A stretch of 64,000 bases of DNA from a bacterium. Lineage in GTDB: Bacteria; Krumholzibacteriota; Krumholzibacteriia; LZORAL124-64-63. Under the pieces are notes generated by a model. The model saw only the letters and a list, made by a program, of their open reading frames with translations. It had not been told where the DNA came from and did no database searches. Positions 9,547 to 19,418 of this stretch are shown in pieces. Position 1 is the first letter of the stretch; every line of letters begins with the position of its first letter. Made by a program: the position numbers and the translations under genes. The stretch is from assembly GCA_031441465.1 (NCBI GenBank), contig JANOEP010000047.1:11801-75800 (forward strand), written 5' to 3'.

Positions 9547-10702
9547 GGACAAACGGCGGCCGGAGCGGACCGTCACCGTGCTGATCACGAACCTCGACCT
9601 CGGCGGCGCCGAGGTCCAGGCGGTCCGCCTGGCGATGGGGCTGGCGGGGCGCGGCTGGCGCGTGCGCATGCTGTCGCTGCTGCCGCCGCGCGCGTTCGGC
9701 CGCGAACTCGCCGAGGCCGGCATCCCCGTCCTCGACCTCGGGCTGCGGGGATGGGCGACGCTGCCGTCCGCCGTTGTCCGCCTCCACCGGGAACTGCGCC
9801 GGCATCGCCCCGGCGTCCTGGTCGCGTTTAACTACCACGCCAACGTGCTGGGCAAGGTCGTGGGCCGCCTCGCCGGCGTGAAGGCGATCGTGCCGTCGAT
9901 CGGCACGGAGTTCTTCGGCGGCCGCCTGCGGGAGCGTCTCGAGGCCGCGACGGCGCCCCTGGCGCCGATCACCACGACGAATTCGGAACTTGTCGGGGAG
10001 AGCCTCGTCCGACGCGGCATCGTGCCGCGGGTGAGGCTGCGTGTGGTGCTCAACGCGACCCTCGTTCCCGGCGAGCCGCTCGAACCGGCGAGGCGCGCGG
10101 CGTTGCGCGCTGAGATGGGAGGCGGCGACCGGGATCTGCTCTGGCTGGCGGTCGGCCGCTTCGAGACCCAGAAGGACTACCCGAACCTGTTCGCGGCCTT
10201 CGGCGAACTGGCGGCCAGGTATCCGGAAGCCAGGCTGGTGCTGGTCGGCTACGGCTCGCTGGACGCCGAGGTCCGGGAGCTGGCGCGGACCAGCCCGGTG
10301 GCGGACCGCATCCGGGTGCTCGGCAAACGCACGGACGTCATGGACCTCCTGCAGGCGTGCGACGCGTACGTGCTGTCGTCGGTCATCGAGGGCATGCCCA
10401 ACACGGTCATCGAGGCCATGGCGGCGGCCCTGCCCATCGTCGCCACGAACGTCGGCGGCATGGCCGAACTGCTGGGCGAAGGCGACTGCGGCCTCATGGT
10501 CCCGGCCCGTGACGCCGCGGCGCTCGCGTCGGCCATGGCGCAGGTGATGGTGCTCGATCCGACGGTGCGGCGGGCCATGGGCGAACGCGCGAAAGCGCGG
10601 ATGCGGCGCCGTCACGGCGTCGGGGCGGTGCTCGATCGCTGGGAGGAACTGTGCCGCGAAGCCGCGCTCGGCGGCGGCCGTTCCGGTGGCGGGCATGCCT
10701 GA
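9524..10702 (+). CDS. Glycosyltransferase family 4
   Basis: GGAE, VGRF..QKDY and EGMPNTVIEAMAA (EX7E) motifs. Confidence 0.9.
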   Translation: MWPVAGAEDKRRPERTVTVLITNLDLGGAEVQAVRLAMGLAGRGWRVRMLSLLPPRAFGRELAEAGIPVLDLGLRGWATLPSAVVRLHRELRRHRPGVLVAFNYHANVLGKVVGRLAGVKAIVPSIGTEFFGGRLRERLEAATAPLAPITTTNSELVGESLVRRGIVPRVRLRVVLNATLVPGEPLEPARRAALRAEMGGGDRDLLWLAVGRFETQKDYPNLFAAFGELAARYPEARLVLVGYGSLDAEVRELARTSPVADRIRVLGKRTDVMDLLQACDAYVLSSVIEGMPNTVIEAMAAALPIVATNVGGMAELLGEGDCGLMVPARDAAALASAMAQVMVLDPTVRRAMGERAKARMRRRHGVGAVLDRWEELCREAALGGGRSGGGHA

Positions 10703-11843
10703 GCCGCGGCGCGCGCGGATCCTCTTCCTCATTCCCGAGGACTGGTACGTCTGCTCGCACCGCCTGCCCTTGCTGCGGGCGACGGCGGCGGCGGGCCACG
10801 AGGTCGTCGTCGCGACGCGGGTGGCCGAACACGCCGGGCCCATCCTGGCGACGGGCGCCCAACTCGTTCCCATCAAGCAGCGACGCGGCTTCCGCGGCCC
10901 ACTCCGGGAACTCGCGGGCCTGCGCGAGCTGGTCGGCGTCTACCGCCGCCTGCGGCCCGACCTCGTCCACCACGTCACGCCCAAATCCGTGATCTTCGGC
11001 ACGCTCGCGGCCCGCGCGACCGGCGTGCCCTGCGTCGTGAACGCGATGGCGGGTCTGGGCTTCGTCTTCACGTCGCCGAGCGTGAAGGCGCGCCTGCTGA
11101 GCGGTCCCATCACCTTGGCCCTGCGCGTCCTGCTGCGTGGCCGCCGCACGCGGCTGATCGTCCAGAACGCCGACGACGCGATCTTCTTCCGCGACCGCAT
11201 CGGCGTGCCCGCCGGCTCGGTGGCGACGATCCGCGGTGCGGGCGTCGACGTGAGCGCCTTCACGCCCGTGGCGACGGCACCGCCGGGACCGCTGAGGGTC
11301 GTGCTCGTGGCGCGCATGCTGACCGACAAGGGGATCCTCGAGACCGTCGCCGCTGCCCGCCTGCTGCGCGCCCGCCGCGACGACGTCAGGGTTCTGCTGG
11401 CCGGTCGCGGCGACCCCGAGAATCCCGCCGCCATCGCGCAGGAGCAGCTGGACGCCTGGGCGGCCGAGGGCGTCGTCGAGGTGCTCGGCCACGTGGAGGA
11501 CGTGACGGCCCTGCTGCGCTCGTGCCACGTCGCGCTGCTGCCCTCGTACCGCGAGGGGCTGCCGAAATCCCTGCTCGAGGCGGCGGCCTGCGGCCTGCCG
11601 ATCGTCGCCGCCGACGTGCCGGGTTGCCGCGAGATCTGCCGCGACGGCGTGAACGGCCTGCTCGTGCCGGCGCGCAGCGCGGCGCCGATCGCGGTGGCGA
11701 TCGAACGACTGGCCGACGACCCCGCGCTGCGCCGCACCATGGGCGCCGCCTCGCGCCGCCTGGCGGTGGACGAGTTCGCCGAGAAGATCGTCGTCGCCGC
11801 CACCACGGCTCTCTACGCCGAACTGCTCAGAATGGATGCCTGA
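10686..11843 (+). CDS. Glycosyltransferase family 4 (WbpU/CapM-like)
   Basis: SHRLPL, AGLGFVF, ARML.DKG and PSYREGLPKSLLEAAA motifs. Confidence 0.9.
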   Translation: MAGMPEPRRARILFLIPEDWYVCSHRLPLLRATAAAGHEVVVATRVAEHAGPILATGAQLVPIKQRRGFRGPLRELAGLRELVGVYRRLRPDLVHHVTPKSVIFGTLAARATGVPCVVNAMAGLGFVFTSPSVKARLLSGPITLALRVLLRGRRTRLIVQNADDAIFFRDRIGVPAGSVATIRGAGVDVSAFTPVATAPPGPLRVVLVARMLTDKGILETVAAARLLRARRDDVRVLLAGRGDPENPAAIAQEQLDAWAAEGVVEVLGHVEDVTALLRSCHVALLPSYREGLPKSLLEAAACGLPIVAADVPGCREICRDGVNGLLVPARSAAPIAVAIERLADDPALRRTMGAASRRLAVDEFAEKIVVAATTALYAELLRMDA

Positions 11844-12832
11844 TGCTCGTCGCGGTCACCGGGGCCGACGGATTCGTCGGCAGGCACGTCTGCCGGGCCC
11901 TGCGCGCCCGAGGCTGCGAGGTGCGGCCGGCGGTGCGCGACGAGGCGTGCGCCGAGCGCGCCCGCGACCTGATCCGCGAGGCGCTGCCGCCGGTGGTCGT
12001 CGGCGAGATCGGGCCGTCGACGGACTGGTCCGCGGCCCTGGCCGGCGCCGAAGCGGTGATCCATCTGGCCGCCCGCGTGCACGTCATGGACGAGAAGGCC
12101 GTCGACCCGCTGGAGGCGTTCCGTGAGGTCAACGTCCGCGGCACGCGGCGGCTGGCGGCGGCGGCGGCGGCCAGCGGAGTTCGGCGCTTGGTGTTCGTCA
12201 GCTCCATCAAGGTGAACGGCGAGAGCACGACCGGCCGCGGGCCGTTCAGCGAGCGCGACGCACCCGATCCGAGGGATGCGTACGGCCTCTCGAAGTGGGA
12301 GGCCGAACAGGCCCTGGCCGAGGTGGGCGCGAGCACGGGGCTGGAGACGGTCACGGTGCGCCCGCCCCTGGTGCACGGCCCCGGCGTCGGCGGCAACCTG
12401 CTGCGGTTGTTGAGGCTGGTCTCGCGGAGCGTCCCGCTTCCCTTCGCCGGCGTGCGCAACCGACGCACCCTGATCGCGGCGGACAACCTGGCGGATCTGC
12501 TCGCTCTCTGCGCCGTGCATCCGGCGGCGGTGGGCCGGACCTTCACGGCCGGGGACGGCGAGGATCTCTCGACCGCGGACCTGATCCGCGCCCTGGCGGC
12601 CGGCCTGGGCCGACCCGCGCTTCTGGTGCCGGCGCCGCACGGTCTGCTGCGGACGCTCGCGTCGCCGCTCGGCAGGAGCGCGGCCCTGGACCGGCTCACC
12701 GGTTCGCTGCAGGTCGATTCCACGACGGTGTGCGAGGTCCTGGGCTGGACGCCGCCCGTGACGACGGCCGAGGGGCTGGCGAGGATGGGCCGGTGGTATC
12801 GGGACACGGGCGGCCGCCCGCAGGCCGGCTAG
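11843..12832 (+). CDS. NAD-dependent epimerase/4-reductase (WbpV-like SDR)
   Basis: VTGADGFVG, HLAARVHVM, SSIKVNGE and YGLSK (YxxxK) motifs. ATG overlaps the upstream TGA. Confidence 0.88.
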   Translation: MLVAVTGADGFVGRHVCRALRARGCEVRPAVRDEACAERARDLIREALPPVVVGEIGPSTDWSAALAGAEAVIHLAARVHVMDEKAVDPLEAFREVNVRGTRRLAAAAAASGVRRLVFVSSIKVNGESTTGRGPFSERDAPDPRDAYGLSKWEAEQALAEVGASTGLETVTVRPPLVHGPGVGGNLLRLLRLVSRSVPLPFAGVRNRRTLIAADNLADLLALCAVHPAAVGRTFTAGDGEDLSTADLIRALAAGLGRPALLVPAPHGLLRTLASPLGRSAALDRLTGSLQVDSTTVCEVLGWTPPVTTAEGLARMGRWYRDTGGRPQAG

Positions 12833-12833
12833 T

Positions 12834-13892
12834 TCAGCTGCCGTCGGCGCGCCGCGTCGTGGCGGCCCGCACTCTGCTGACGATCGCGACGAACAACGTC
12901 AGCGTCACCGCGGCGATGCCCCAGAACACGAACGGGCCGAGGTCGGGGTTCGCCCGGCAGGCGAAGACGGCCGCGATGCAGACGGCCATGGCCGCCGCGT
13001 AGAGCAGCGTGACGCGCGCGTGGCTCATCCCCGCGACCACCAACCGCTGGTAGACGTGGCTGCGGTGCGGGCGGAACGGATTTCGTCCGTGGACGGCGCG
13101 GTTGAGCAGCGTGTAGGTCGCGTCGCTCAGGAAGGGCCAGACAAACAGCAAAGGCAGCCACAGGGGGGTGGCGCCGGCCCGGTCGGCGCCCGCATGGACG
13201 CGCAGCACCCCCAAGGCCAGCAGGAAGCCCAGCGGCAGGCTGCCGACGTCGCCCATGAAGACCCGCGCCCGCGGGTAGTTCGCCCGCAAGAACCCCACCG
13301 TCGCACCGGCGAGCAGGGCCGCCGTCATCGCCAGAGGAACGTCGCCGGCCAGCGCGGCCCAGATCGCCAGCGCGCCGGCGCCCAACAGGGTCTGGAACCC
13401 AGCCAGGCCGTCGATGCCGTCCATGAAGTTGAACATGTTCGTGAAGCCCACGATGAACACCCACGCCACGACCCATCCGAACGCGCCGGCCGCCACCGGG
13501 GCGAGGCCCGGCAAATCGATCGCGACGACCGGCACCCCGCCGGCCTTCAGGCAGGCCGCCGCCACCAGCGACTCGACCGCCAACCGCTGCAGGGGCGGCA
13601 AGCCCCGCAGATCGTCCACGAAACCGAGTGCGGCCAGAACGACCGCCCCGGCGACCAGCGCCGCCGGGAATCCCGGGGTGGGGAACATGCCCATGACGGC
13701 GGCGACACCCATGCCCAGCAGCCAGGGAACGAGGATGCCGATGCCGCCGCCGACCGGTACCGGCCGCGCGTGGCTGCTGCGCTCGTTGGGGACGTCCATC
13801 ACGCTGGCGCGCCGCAGCAGGCCCACGAGCCGCGGCGTGAACACGAGGCCGGCCGCCGCCGACAGCAGGAGCGCGGGAAGGACGAGGTGCAT
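12834..13892 (-). CDS. Undecaprenyl-phosphate HexNAc-1-P transferase (WecA/WbpL/MraY-like)
   Basis: DVPNERSSH..P.P.GGG, GFVDD, NMFNFMDGIDGLA, FMGDVGS and HRSHVYQRL motifs. Confidence 0.92.
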   Translation of the reverse strand: MHLVLPALLLSAAAGLVFTPRLVGLLRRASVMDVPNERSSHARPVPVGGGIGILVPWLLGMGVAAVMGMFPTPGFPAALVAGAVVLAALGFVDDLRGLPPLQRLAVESLVAAACLKAGGVPVVAIDLPGLAPVAAGAFGWVVAWVFIVGFTNMFNFMDGIDGLAGFQTLLGAGALAIWAALAGDVPLAMTAALLAGATVGFLRANYPRARVFMGDVGSLPLGFLLALGVLRVHAGADRAGATPLWLPLLFVWPFLSDATYTLLNRAVHGRNPFRPHRSHVYQRLVVAGMSHARVTLLYAAAMAVCIAAVFACRANPDLGPFVFWGIAAVTLTLFVAIVSRVRAATTRRADGS

Positions 13893-13898
13893 CGCTCG

Positions 13899-15854
13899 TC
13901 AGGCCTTTCGGTGCCAGTGGTCGAGCCAGGACTGGAACATCAGCACGTTCCAGAGGCAATGGTGGCGGTTCTTGCGGCGCGAGAGGTGCTCGTGCCACAG
14001 CGCGCGGATCGGGACCGGGTCGAGATATCCGTCGGCACGCAGCCTCGTCTCGGACAGCAGGTCCTCGGCCCAGGGGCGCAGCGGTCCGCGCAGCCAGTCA
14101 TCGATCGGGACGCCGAAGCCCATCTTGGGGCGGTTCACGAGTTCGTCGGGCACGTAGCGGCGCAGCACCTGCCTCAGGATTTGCTTGCCGACGCCGTCGT
14201 GGATCTTCATCGGCAGGGGCAACGATAGCGCGAACTCGACGACGCGATGATCGAGGTACGGCGTGCGCGTCTCCAGGCTCACGGCCATGCCCGCGCGGTC
14301 GAGCTTCACCAGGATGTCGTTCGCCAGATAGGTCCGCATGTCGTTGACCATCATGTACTCGGCGATGTCCATGGCCGGGTCGGCCGCGGGGATGATCGAC
14401 GGCAGGTCCGCGAAGCGGCTGCCGATCACGACCTCGGCCGGATGGCGCCAGGCCGCGATGAGCCGCTGGTACATGTCCTGGTAACCGTCGGCGTCCAGGA
14501 CGTCGGCGAGCTTGTGGATCTTCTCGCCCGGCAGGCGCAGCCGCAGCGAGGCCGGCAGCACGGCGCCGCCGACGCCGAACAGGGTGTTCCAGGCTTGGGG
14601 CGACGGCCGGCCCAGGGCGGCGGCGGCCGCGCGGCGCAGGGGCAGCGGGTAGCGCGACACGCGGCGCCAGATCCGGCGTCCCCACAGATGCCGGTTGTAG
14701 CCGCCGAAAACCTCGTCGCCGCCGTCGCCGGTCAAACCCACGGTGACGTGCGCGCGGGTCAGGCGCGACACCAGGTAGGTCGGGATCTGGGAGGAGTCGG
14801 CGAAGGGCTCGTCCCAGATCCGGGGCAGGTCGGGGATGACCTCTCGGGCCTCCTGGGGCGTCACCATCAGGTTGAGGTGCTCGGTGCCGAGGTGGCGGGC
14901 GACGGCGGTCGCCGACGCCGACTCGTCGTACCCGGCCTCCTGGTAGCCGACGCAGAACGTCCGCACGGGCCGCGGGCTGAGCGACTGCATGATGGCCGTG
15001 ATCGCCGACGAGTCGATGCCGCCCGACAGGAAGGAGCCGATCGGCACGTCGGCGAGCATCTGGCCGCGGATCGACCGACGCAGCAGGCCGTCCAGTTCCT
15101 CGACGGCTTCCGGCTCGCCGCCGGCGAAGGGTGCGGCGCGCCCCGCCGCGGTCGCGGCGCCGACCGACCAGTAGAGGACGGGTTCGGGCAGTGCGCCGGG
15201 CGCGGCATCGGGGCCGAGTTGGACGTAGGATCCCGGCAGGAGCCGGTGGACGTTCCGGTAGATCGAAGCCGGCGCGGGCACGGCGCTGTAGCGCATGAAG
15301 CCGGCCAGGGCGTCGCGGTCGATCTCGCCGCGCCAGGCGGGGTGCGCCCGCAGCGCCTTCAGTTCCGAGCCGAAGAGGAACGAGTGGCCCATCCAGCCGT
15401 AGTAGAGCGGTTTTTCGCCGAGGCGGTCGCGAGCCAGGGCGAGGACGCGGTTGCGCCGGTCCCACAAGGCAAAGGCGAACATCCCCACGCAGTTGACCAG
15501 CGTCGCTGCCAGCCCCCACTGATCCAGGGCCGCCAGCAGGACCTCGGTGTCCGACGTGCCGCGGAAGGCGTGCCCGAGGTCCGCGAGTTGGCGGCCCAGC
15601 TCCGGATAGTTGTAGATCTCGCCGTTGAAGACGATCACGTAGCGGCCGCTTGCCGAGACCATCGGCTGGCTGCCCTCGTCGGTGAGGTCGATGACGGCCA
15701 GACGGCGGTGGCCCAAGTGGATGCCGGCCTCGACGTCCCGCCAGAGGCCGGAACCGTCGGGGCCGCGGTGGGCGAGCGTCGCGGTCATCCGCTCCAGACC
15801 GACCTCGTTGTCGGGACTGGGGTTCCGTGTCAGGATGCCTGCCAGACCGCACAC
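13899..15854 (-). CDS. asnB: Asparagine synthase (glutamine-hydrolysing)-like amidotransferase
   Basis: GTG start giving (M)CGLAG N-terminal nucleophile Cys. HRGPDG, FNGEIYN, LSGGIDSS and GDGGDEVFGGY motifs. Confidence 0.92.
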   Translation of the reverse strand: MCGLAGILTRNPSPDNEVGLERMTATLAHRGPDGSGLWRDVEAGIHLGHRRLAVIDLTDEGSQPMVSASGRYVIVFNGEIYNYPELGRQLADLGHAFRGTSDTEVLLAALDQWGLAATLVNCVGMFAFALWDRRNRVLALARDRLGEKPLYYGWMGHSFLFGSELKALRAHPAWRGEIDRDALAGFMRYSAVPAPASIYRNVHRLLPGSYVQLGPDAAPGALPEPVLYWSVGAATAAGRAAPFAGGEPEAVEELDGLLRRSIRGQMLADVPIGSFLSGGIDSSAITAIMQSLSPRPVRTFCVGYQEAGYDESASATAVARHLGTEHLNLMVTPQEAREVIPDLPRIWDEPFADSSQIPTYLVSRLTRAHVTVGLTGDGGDEVFGGYNRHLWGRRIWRRVSRYPLPLRRAAAAALGRPSPQAWNTLFGVGGAVLPASLRLRLPGEKIHKLADVLDADGYQDMYQRLIAAWRHPAEVVIGSRFADLPSIIPAADPAMDIAEYMMVNDMRTYLANDILVKLDRAGMAVSLETRTPYLDHRVVEFALSLPLPMKIHDGVGKQILRQVLRRYVPDELVNRPKMGFGVPIDDWLRGPLRPWAEDLLSETRLRADGYLDPVPIRALWHEHLSRRKNRHHCLWNVLMFQSWLDHWHRKA

Positions 15855-16085
15855 CGCGATGCCCTTTCGAAGACCACCAGAGAGCCGGGATCCTAGCATG
15901 GCCCGCGGCTGTCGGCGATAACGGAACCTCAGTCCGGCGCTGCGCCGAGACTTGAGACTTGCCCTGTCCGCCCGAGGTGCTAATCTGGCCCGGCGGGACT
16001 CCCAGAGCCTGGTCCGGTCCCTGTTTGTCCCGCCGACCGGATCCTCGCCAGGCTGCCACCCTCGTCACGCCACGGAGAGACCACG

Positions 16086-18428
16086 ATGCCGTTCGGCCAT
16101 CAGAGTTTCCGTCGATGCCGCCCGTCGGCGCTGCTGTCGCTGCTGGCCGCGTCGGCGGTGCTGGCCGCCCTCGCCGGTCCTTCGTCCGCCCAGGACGTCC
16201 CGCCCGAACTCGTCGAGCAGGCGCTGCGCCGGTCGGGTCTCACCCAGCAGGAGCTGATGCAGCGCCTACAGGAGCAGGGCGTGGCGGCGGTCGACACGAC
16301 CCTGCCGCCCGGCCGCACCGCGCTGCCGCCCGGCCCCCTCGTGATCCTGCCCTTCGACCTGGAGACGGCCGTCGTTCCCGTCGCCGCCACCGCCGAGACG
16401 CTGCTGACCACCGAAGGCGCCCTGTTCGGCTCCGACTTCTTCCGCCTCGATCCAGGCGTGTTCGCGCCGCCGGCCTTCGGCCCGGTACCGCCCGACTACG
16501 TGCTCGGTCCCGGGGACCAGGTCAGCGTGGACGTGTTCGGCGAGGTCGAGTTCCGCCTCGAGCGCGTGGTGGACCGCGACGGCGGCATCATCCTGCCCAA
16601 GGGCGGCAAGGTGCTCTGCGCCGGCCGCACGCTGGAGCAGGTAACCCGTGCGGTGCGCGAGAAGCTGGCCGGCTCCTACTCCGGCATCGACCCGTCGGGC
16701 GAGGGGGGCTCCACGTTCGTGGACGTCAGCCTGGGTGCCCTGCGCGCCATCCGCGTGTTCGTGGTGGGCGAAGCCCGCCAGCCGGGCGCCTATGAGCTGA
16801 CCAGCCTGTCGACCGCCTTCACGGCCCTCTACGCGGCCGGCGGCCCCAACGCCCAGGGCAGCCTGCGGCGGATCCAGGTCCTGCGCGGCAACGCGGTCAT
16901 GGCCGAGATCGATTTCTACCGCTACCTGCTGGAGGGCCGCCGCGGCGACGACCCCGTCCTGCGCGACGGCGACACGGTGCTGATCCCCGCTCGCACGACC
17001 ACGGTGCGCGTCGAGGGGGAGGTGCGCCGCCCCCAGACCTACGAACTGCTGGACGGCGAGGACGTCCTGGACCTGATCCGCTACGCCGGCGGCTTCACGG
17101 CCGAGGCGGTGGCCGACGTCGTGCACGTCACGCGGATCGTGCCGCTCCCCGAACGCCGGCCCGAGCAGCCCGACCGCGTGCAGTCCGACCTGAACCTGCT
17201 GCTGAAAATGAAGCATCTGCTGCGCGACGCCGACGTTGTGGGCGTGGACCGCATCCCGGAGCGCCTGGAAAACTGGGTCGAGGCCCAGGGCAACGTGAAG
17301 AACCCCGGTCGCTACCAGTTCCGCGAAGGGATGACGGTTGCCGACCTGGTCCGCCAGGCGGGCGGGCTCTGGGCCGACACGCTGCCCGAGCGGGCCCTGA
17401 TCGAGCGGCTCGACCCCGACCTCACCTACCGCACCATCGAGGTGGCCCTGGCCGACGTGATGTCCGGCGCGTCGCCACCGACGCCGCTGCAGTCCCGGGA
17501 CAAGCTGCGGGTCTTCTCGCGCTGGGATCTGCAGGACCGCTACCGGGTGAGCATGTCCGGTGAGGTGCGCACGCCCGGCGAGTTCGATTTCCGCGAGGGG
17601 ATGACCCTGGGCGACCTGATCCTGCTGGCCGGCGGCCTGCGCGAGTCGGCCGACGTGCTGCACGCGGAGGTTTCGCGCCTGCGCCGCGCCGCCGTCGAGA
17701 GCCGCGACATCGCGGCGCCGCCGCTGAGCACGGTTGAGGTCATCGACGTCGACCTGGGCGAGGACTGGCTGCGGTCGGGCGGCGTGTTCGTCCTGGAACC
17801 GCACGATCGCGTCGCCGTGCGACGGTTGCCCTGGTGGGAACTGCCGCGCATCGTCACCCTCCAGGGCGAGGTGTACTACCCGGGGACGTACGCGCTGGAG
17901 CGTCCCGACGAGCGGCTCTCCTCGGTGATCGCCCGTGCCGGCGGCCTGAAGCCGACGGCCTACGCTCCCGCCGCCCGCATCGTGCGCGGCAAGGACGACA
18001 TCGGCAACATGGCCCTCGACCTCGACCGGGCGCTGGATAAGCCCGGCAGCGAGCAGGACGCCATCCTCGAGCAGGGCGACGACATCCGCATCCCGGCGCG
18101 CCCCTACACCGTGAAGGTCACCGGTGCGGTCGGCTTCCCCACGAGCATCGTCTACGAGAAGGGCCACAGCCTCGGCGACTACATCTCCCGCGCCGGCGGC
18201 TACGCCCACGAGGCGGACAAGTGGAAGACGCACGTCGTCTATCCCAACGGGATGTCCAAGCAGATCAAGAGAGTCTGGGGGGATCCGGACGTGATGCCGG
18301 GGTCGACGATCGTGGTGCCGGTCAAGGTGCCCGAAACGGGGCCGAGCAGCATGGAGACGTTGAAGGAGATCGCCAGCATCCTGGCCAGTGCGGCGACGAT
18401 CTACTTGGTGATCGACAGGACACAGTGA
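16086..18428 (+). CDS. Polysaccharide export protein with multiple SLBB domains (Wza/KpsD/OtnA-like)
   Basis: Signal peptide, DYVLGPGDQV poly-export motif, repeated GEV..PG.Y SLBB units and a C-terminal helix. Confidence 0.9.
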   Translation: MPFGHQSFRRCRPSALLSLLAASAVLAALAGPSSAQDVPPELVEQALRRSGLTQQELMQRLQEQGVAAVDTTLPPGRTALPPGPLVILPFDLETAVVPVAATAETLLTTEGALFGSDFFRLDPGVFAPPAFGPVPPDYVLGPGDQVSVDVFGEVEFRLERVVDRDGGIILPKGGKVLCAGRTLEQVTRAVREKLAGSYSGIDPSGEGGSTFVDVSLGALRAIRVFVVGEARQPGAYELTSLSTAFTALYAAGGPNAQGSLRRIQVLRGNAVMAEIDFYRYLLEGRRGDDPVLRDGDTVLIPARTTTVRVEGEVRRPQTYELLDGEDVLDLIRYAGGFTAEAVADVVHVTRIVPLPERRPEQPDRVQSDLNLLLKMKHLLRDADVVGVDRIPERLENWVEAQGNVKNPGRYQFREGMTVADLVRQAGGLWADTLPERALIERLDPDLTYRTIEVALADVMSGASPPTPLQSRDKLRVFSRWDLQDRYRVSMSGEVRTPGEFDFREGMTLGDLILLAGGLRESADVLHAEVSRLRRAAVESRDIAAPPLSTVEVIDVDLGEDWLRSGGVFVLEPHDRVAVRRLPWWELPRIVTLQGEVYYPGTYALERPDERLSSVIARAGGLKPTAYAPAARIVRGKDDIGNMALDLDRALDKPGSEQDAILEQGDDIRIPARPYTVKVTGAVGFPTSIVYEKGHSLGDYISRAGGYAHEADKWKTHVVYPNGMSKQIKRVWGDPDVMPGSTIVVPVKVPETGPSSMETLKEIASILASAATIYLVIDRTQ

Positions 18429-19417
18429 TGACACGGGTGTACGACGAAATGCCGGCATCGACCGGCGACGACGAGATCGGTGTCGCGCAATTGACCAGGT
18501 TGATGTGGAGGAGCCGACGCCTGATCGCAGCAGTTATCCTGACCTGCGGCGTCATCGCCGCCGTGATCTCTCTGCTGTTGCCGCCGATCTATACGGCCCG
18601 GGTCTCGCTCTTGCCGCGCGACCAGGGCAGCCAACAGAATTTACTGGGTCAACTCGCGTCCCTGACGAACATGCAACTCGGTAACGGATCCACCTACGAA
18701 GACCTTTATGGCCAGATCATCACTTCCAACAGGGTACTTGACAGGATACTCGACGAACAGTGGAGCAGGTATGCCGGAGACGAGCCCAGGCCGTTGATGG
18801 AGCTGCTCGGGTCGCGCAAGCACCCTGACGTTTCAGTCAAGACATGGGCCGAGCGGGAGCGCTTCAAGAGCAACCTCAAGCGGCAGGTCATTTCCTTCGA
18901 GCGCCGCGCCGCAACGGGCTACATGCAGATCAGTGTTAGTCTTCCCCGGTGGCCCGAACTCGCAGCGGAATTGGCGAATGCGCTCGCCGGCGAACTCGAC
19001 GCCTACCTCCAGGAGATGTCGCGGGGCAGGGCCTCAGAGCAAAGACGCTTCATCTCGGATCGGCTCGATGAAATCCGGATTGAACTCGATGCGGCCGCAT
19101 CCAGCCTGGCGGATTTCGAATCGCAGAACCGGTCCTTCGCAACCTCTCCATTACTTAGCCGACGCCATACGGAATTGACCCGCGACCTGCAGGTCCAGAC
19201 AGCGGTTTGGATCGAATTGAAGAGGCAGCTCGAAATTGCCAAGATCGACGAAAACAAGGATGTGATCGCGATCGAGGTGCTTGATTCCGCGACGGTACCC
19301 TTCGTCCGCTCTGCCCCGAGCCGATCGCTGATCACCCTCGGCGGAGCCGCGCTCGGATTCGTGCTGGCATGCGGTTGGGTTCTGGTCCGCGGGCGCTCTG
19401 CGACTTCGGGGAACTGA
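18428..19417 (+). CDS. Wzz/GNVR-type polysaccharide co-polymerase (no kinase domain)
   Basis: DDEI...TM..PPIYTA at the N-terminus, central coiled coil, VLDSA.VP..RSAP.R.LI followed by a C-terminal TM. Confidence 0.85.
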   Translation: MTRVYDEMPASTGDDEIGVAQLTRLMWRSRRLIAAVILTCGVIAAVISLLLPPIYTARVSLLPRDQGSQQNLLGQLASLTNMQLGNGSTYEDLYGQIITSNRVLDRILDEQWSRYAGDEPRPLMELLGSRKHPDVSVKTWAERERFKSNLKRQVISFERRAATGYMQISVSLPRWPELAAELANALAGELDAYLQEMSRGRASEQRRFISDRLDEIRIELDAAASSLADFESQNRSFATSPLLSRRHTELTRDLQVQTAVWIELKRQLEIAKIDENKDVIAIEVLDSATVPFVRSAPSRSLITLGGAALGFVLACGWVLVRGRSATSGN

Positions 19418-19418
19418 G

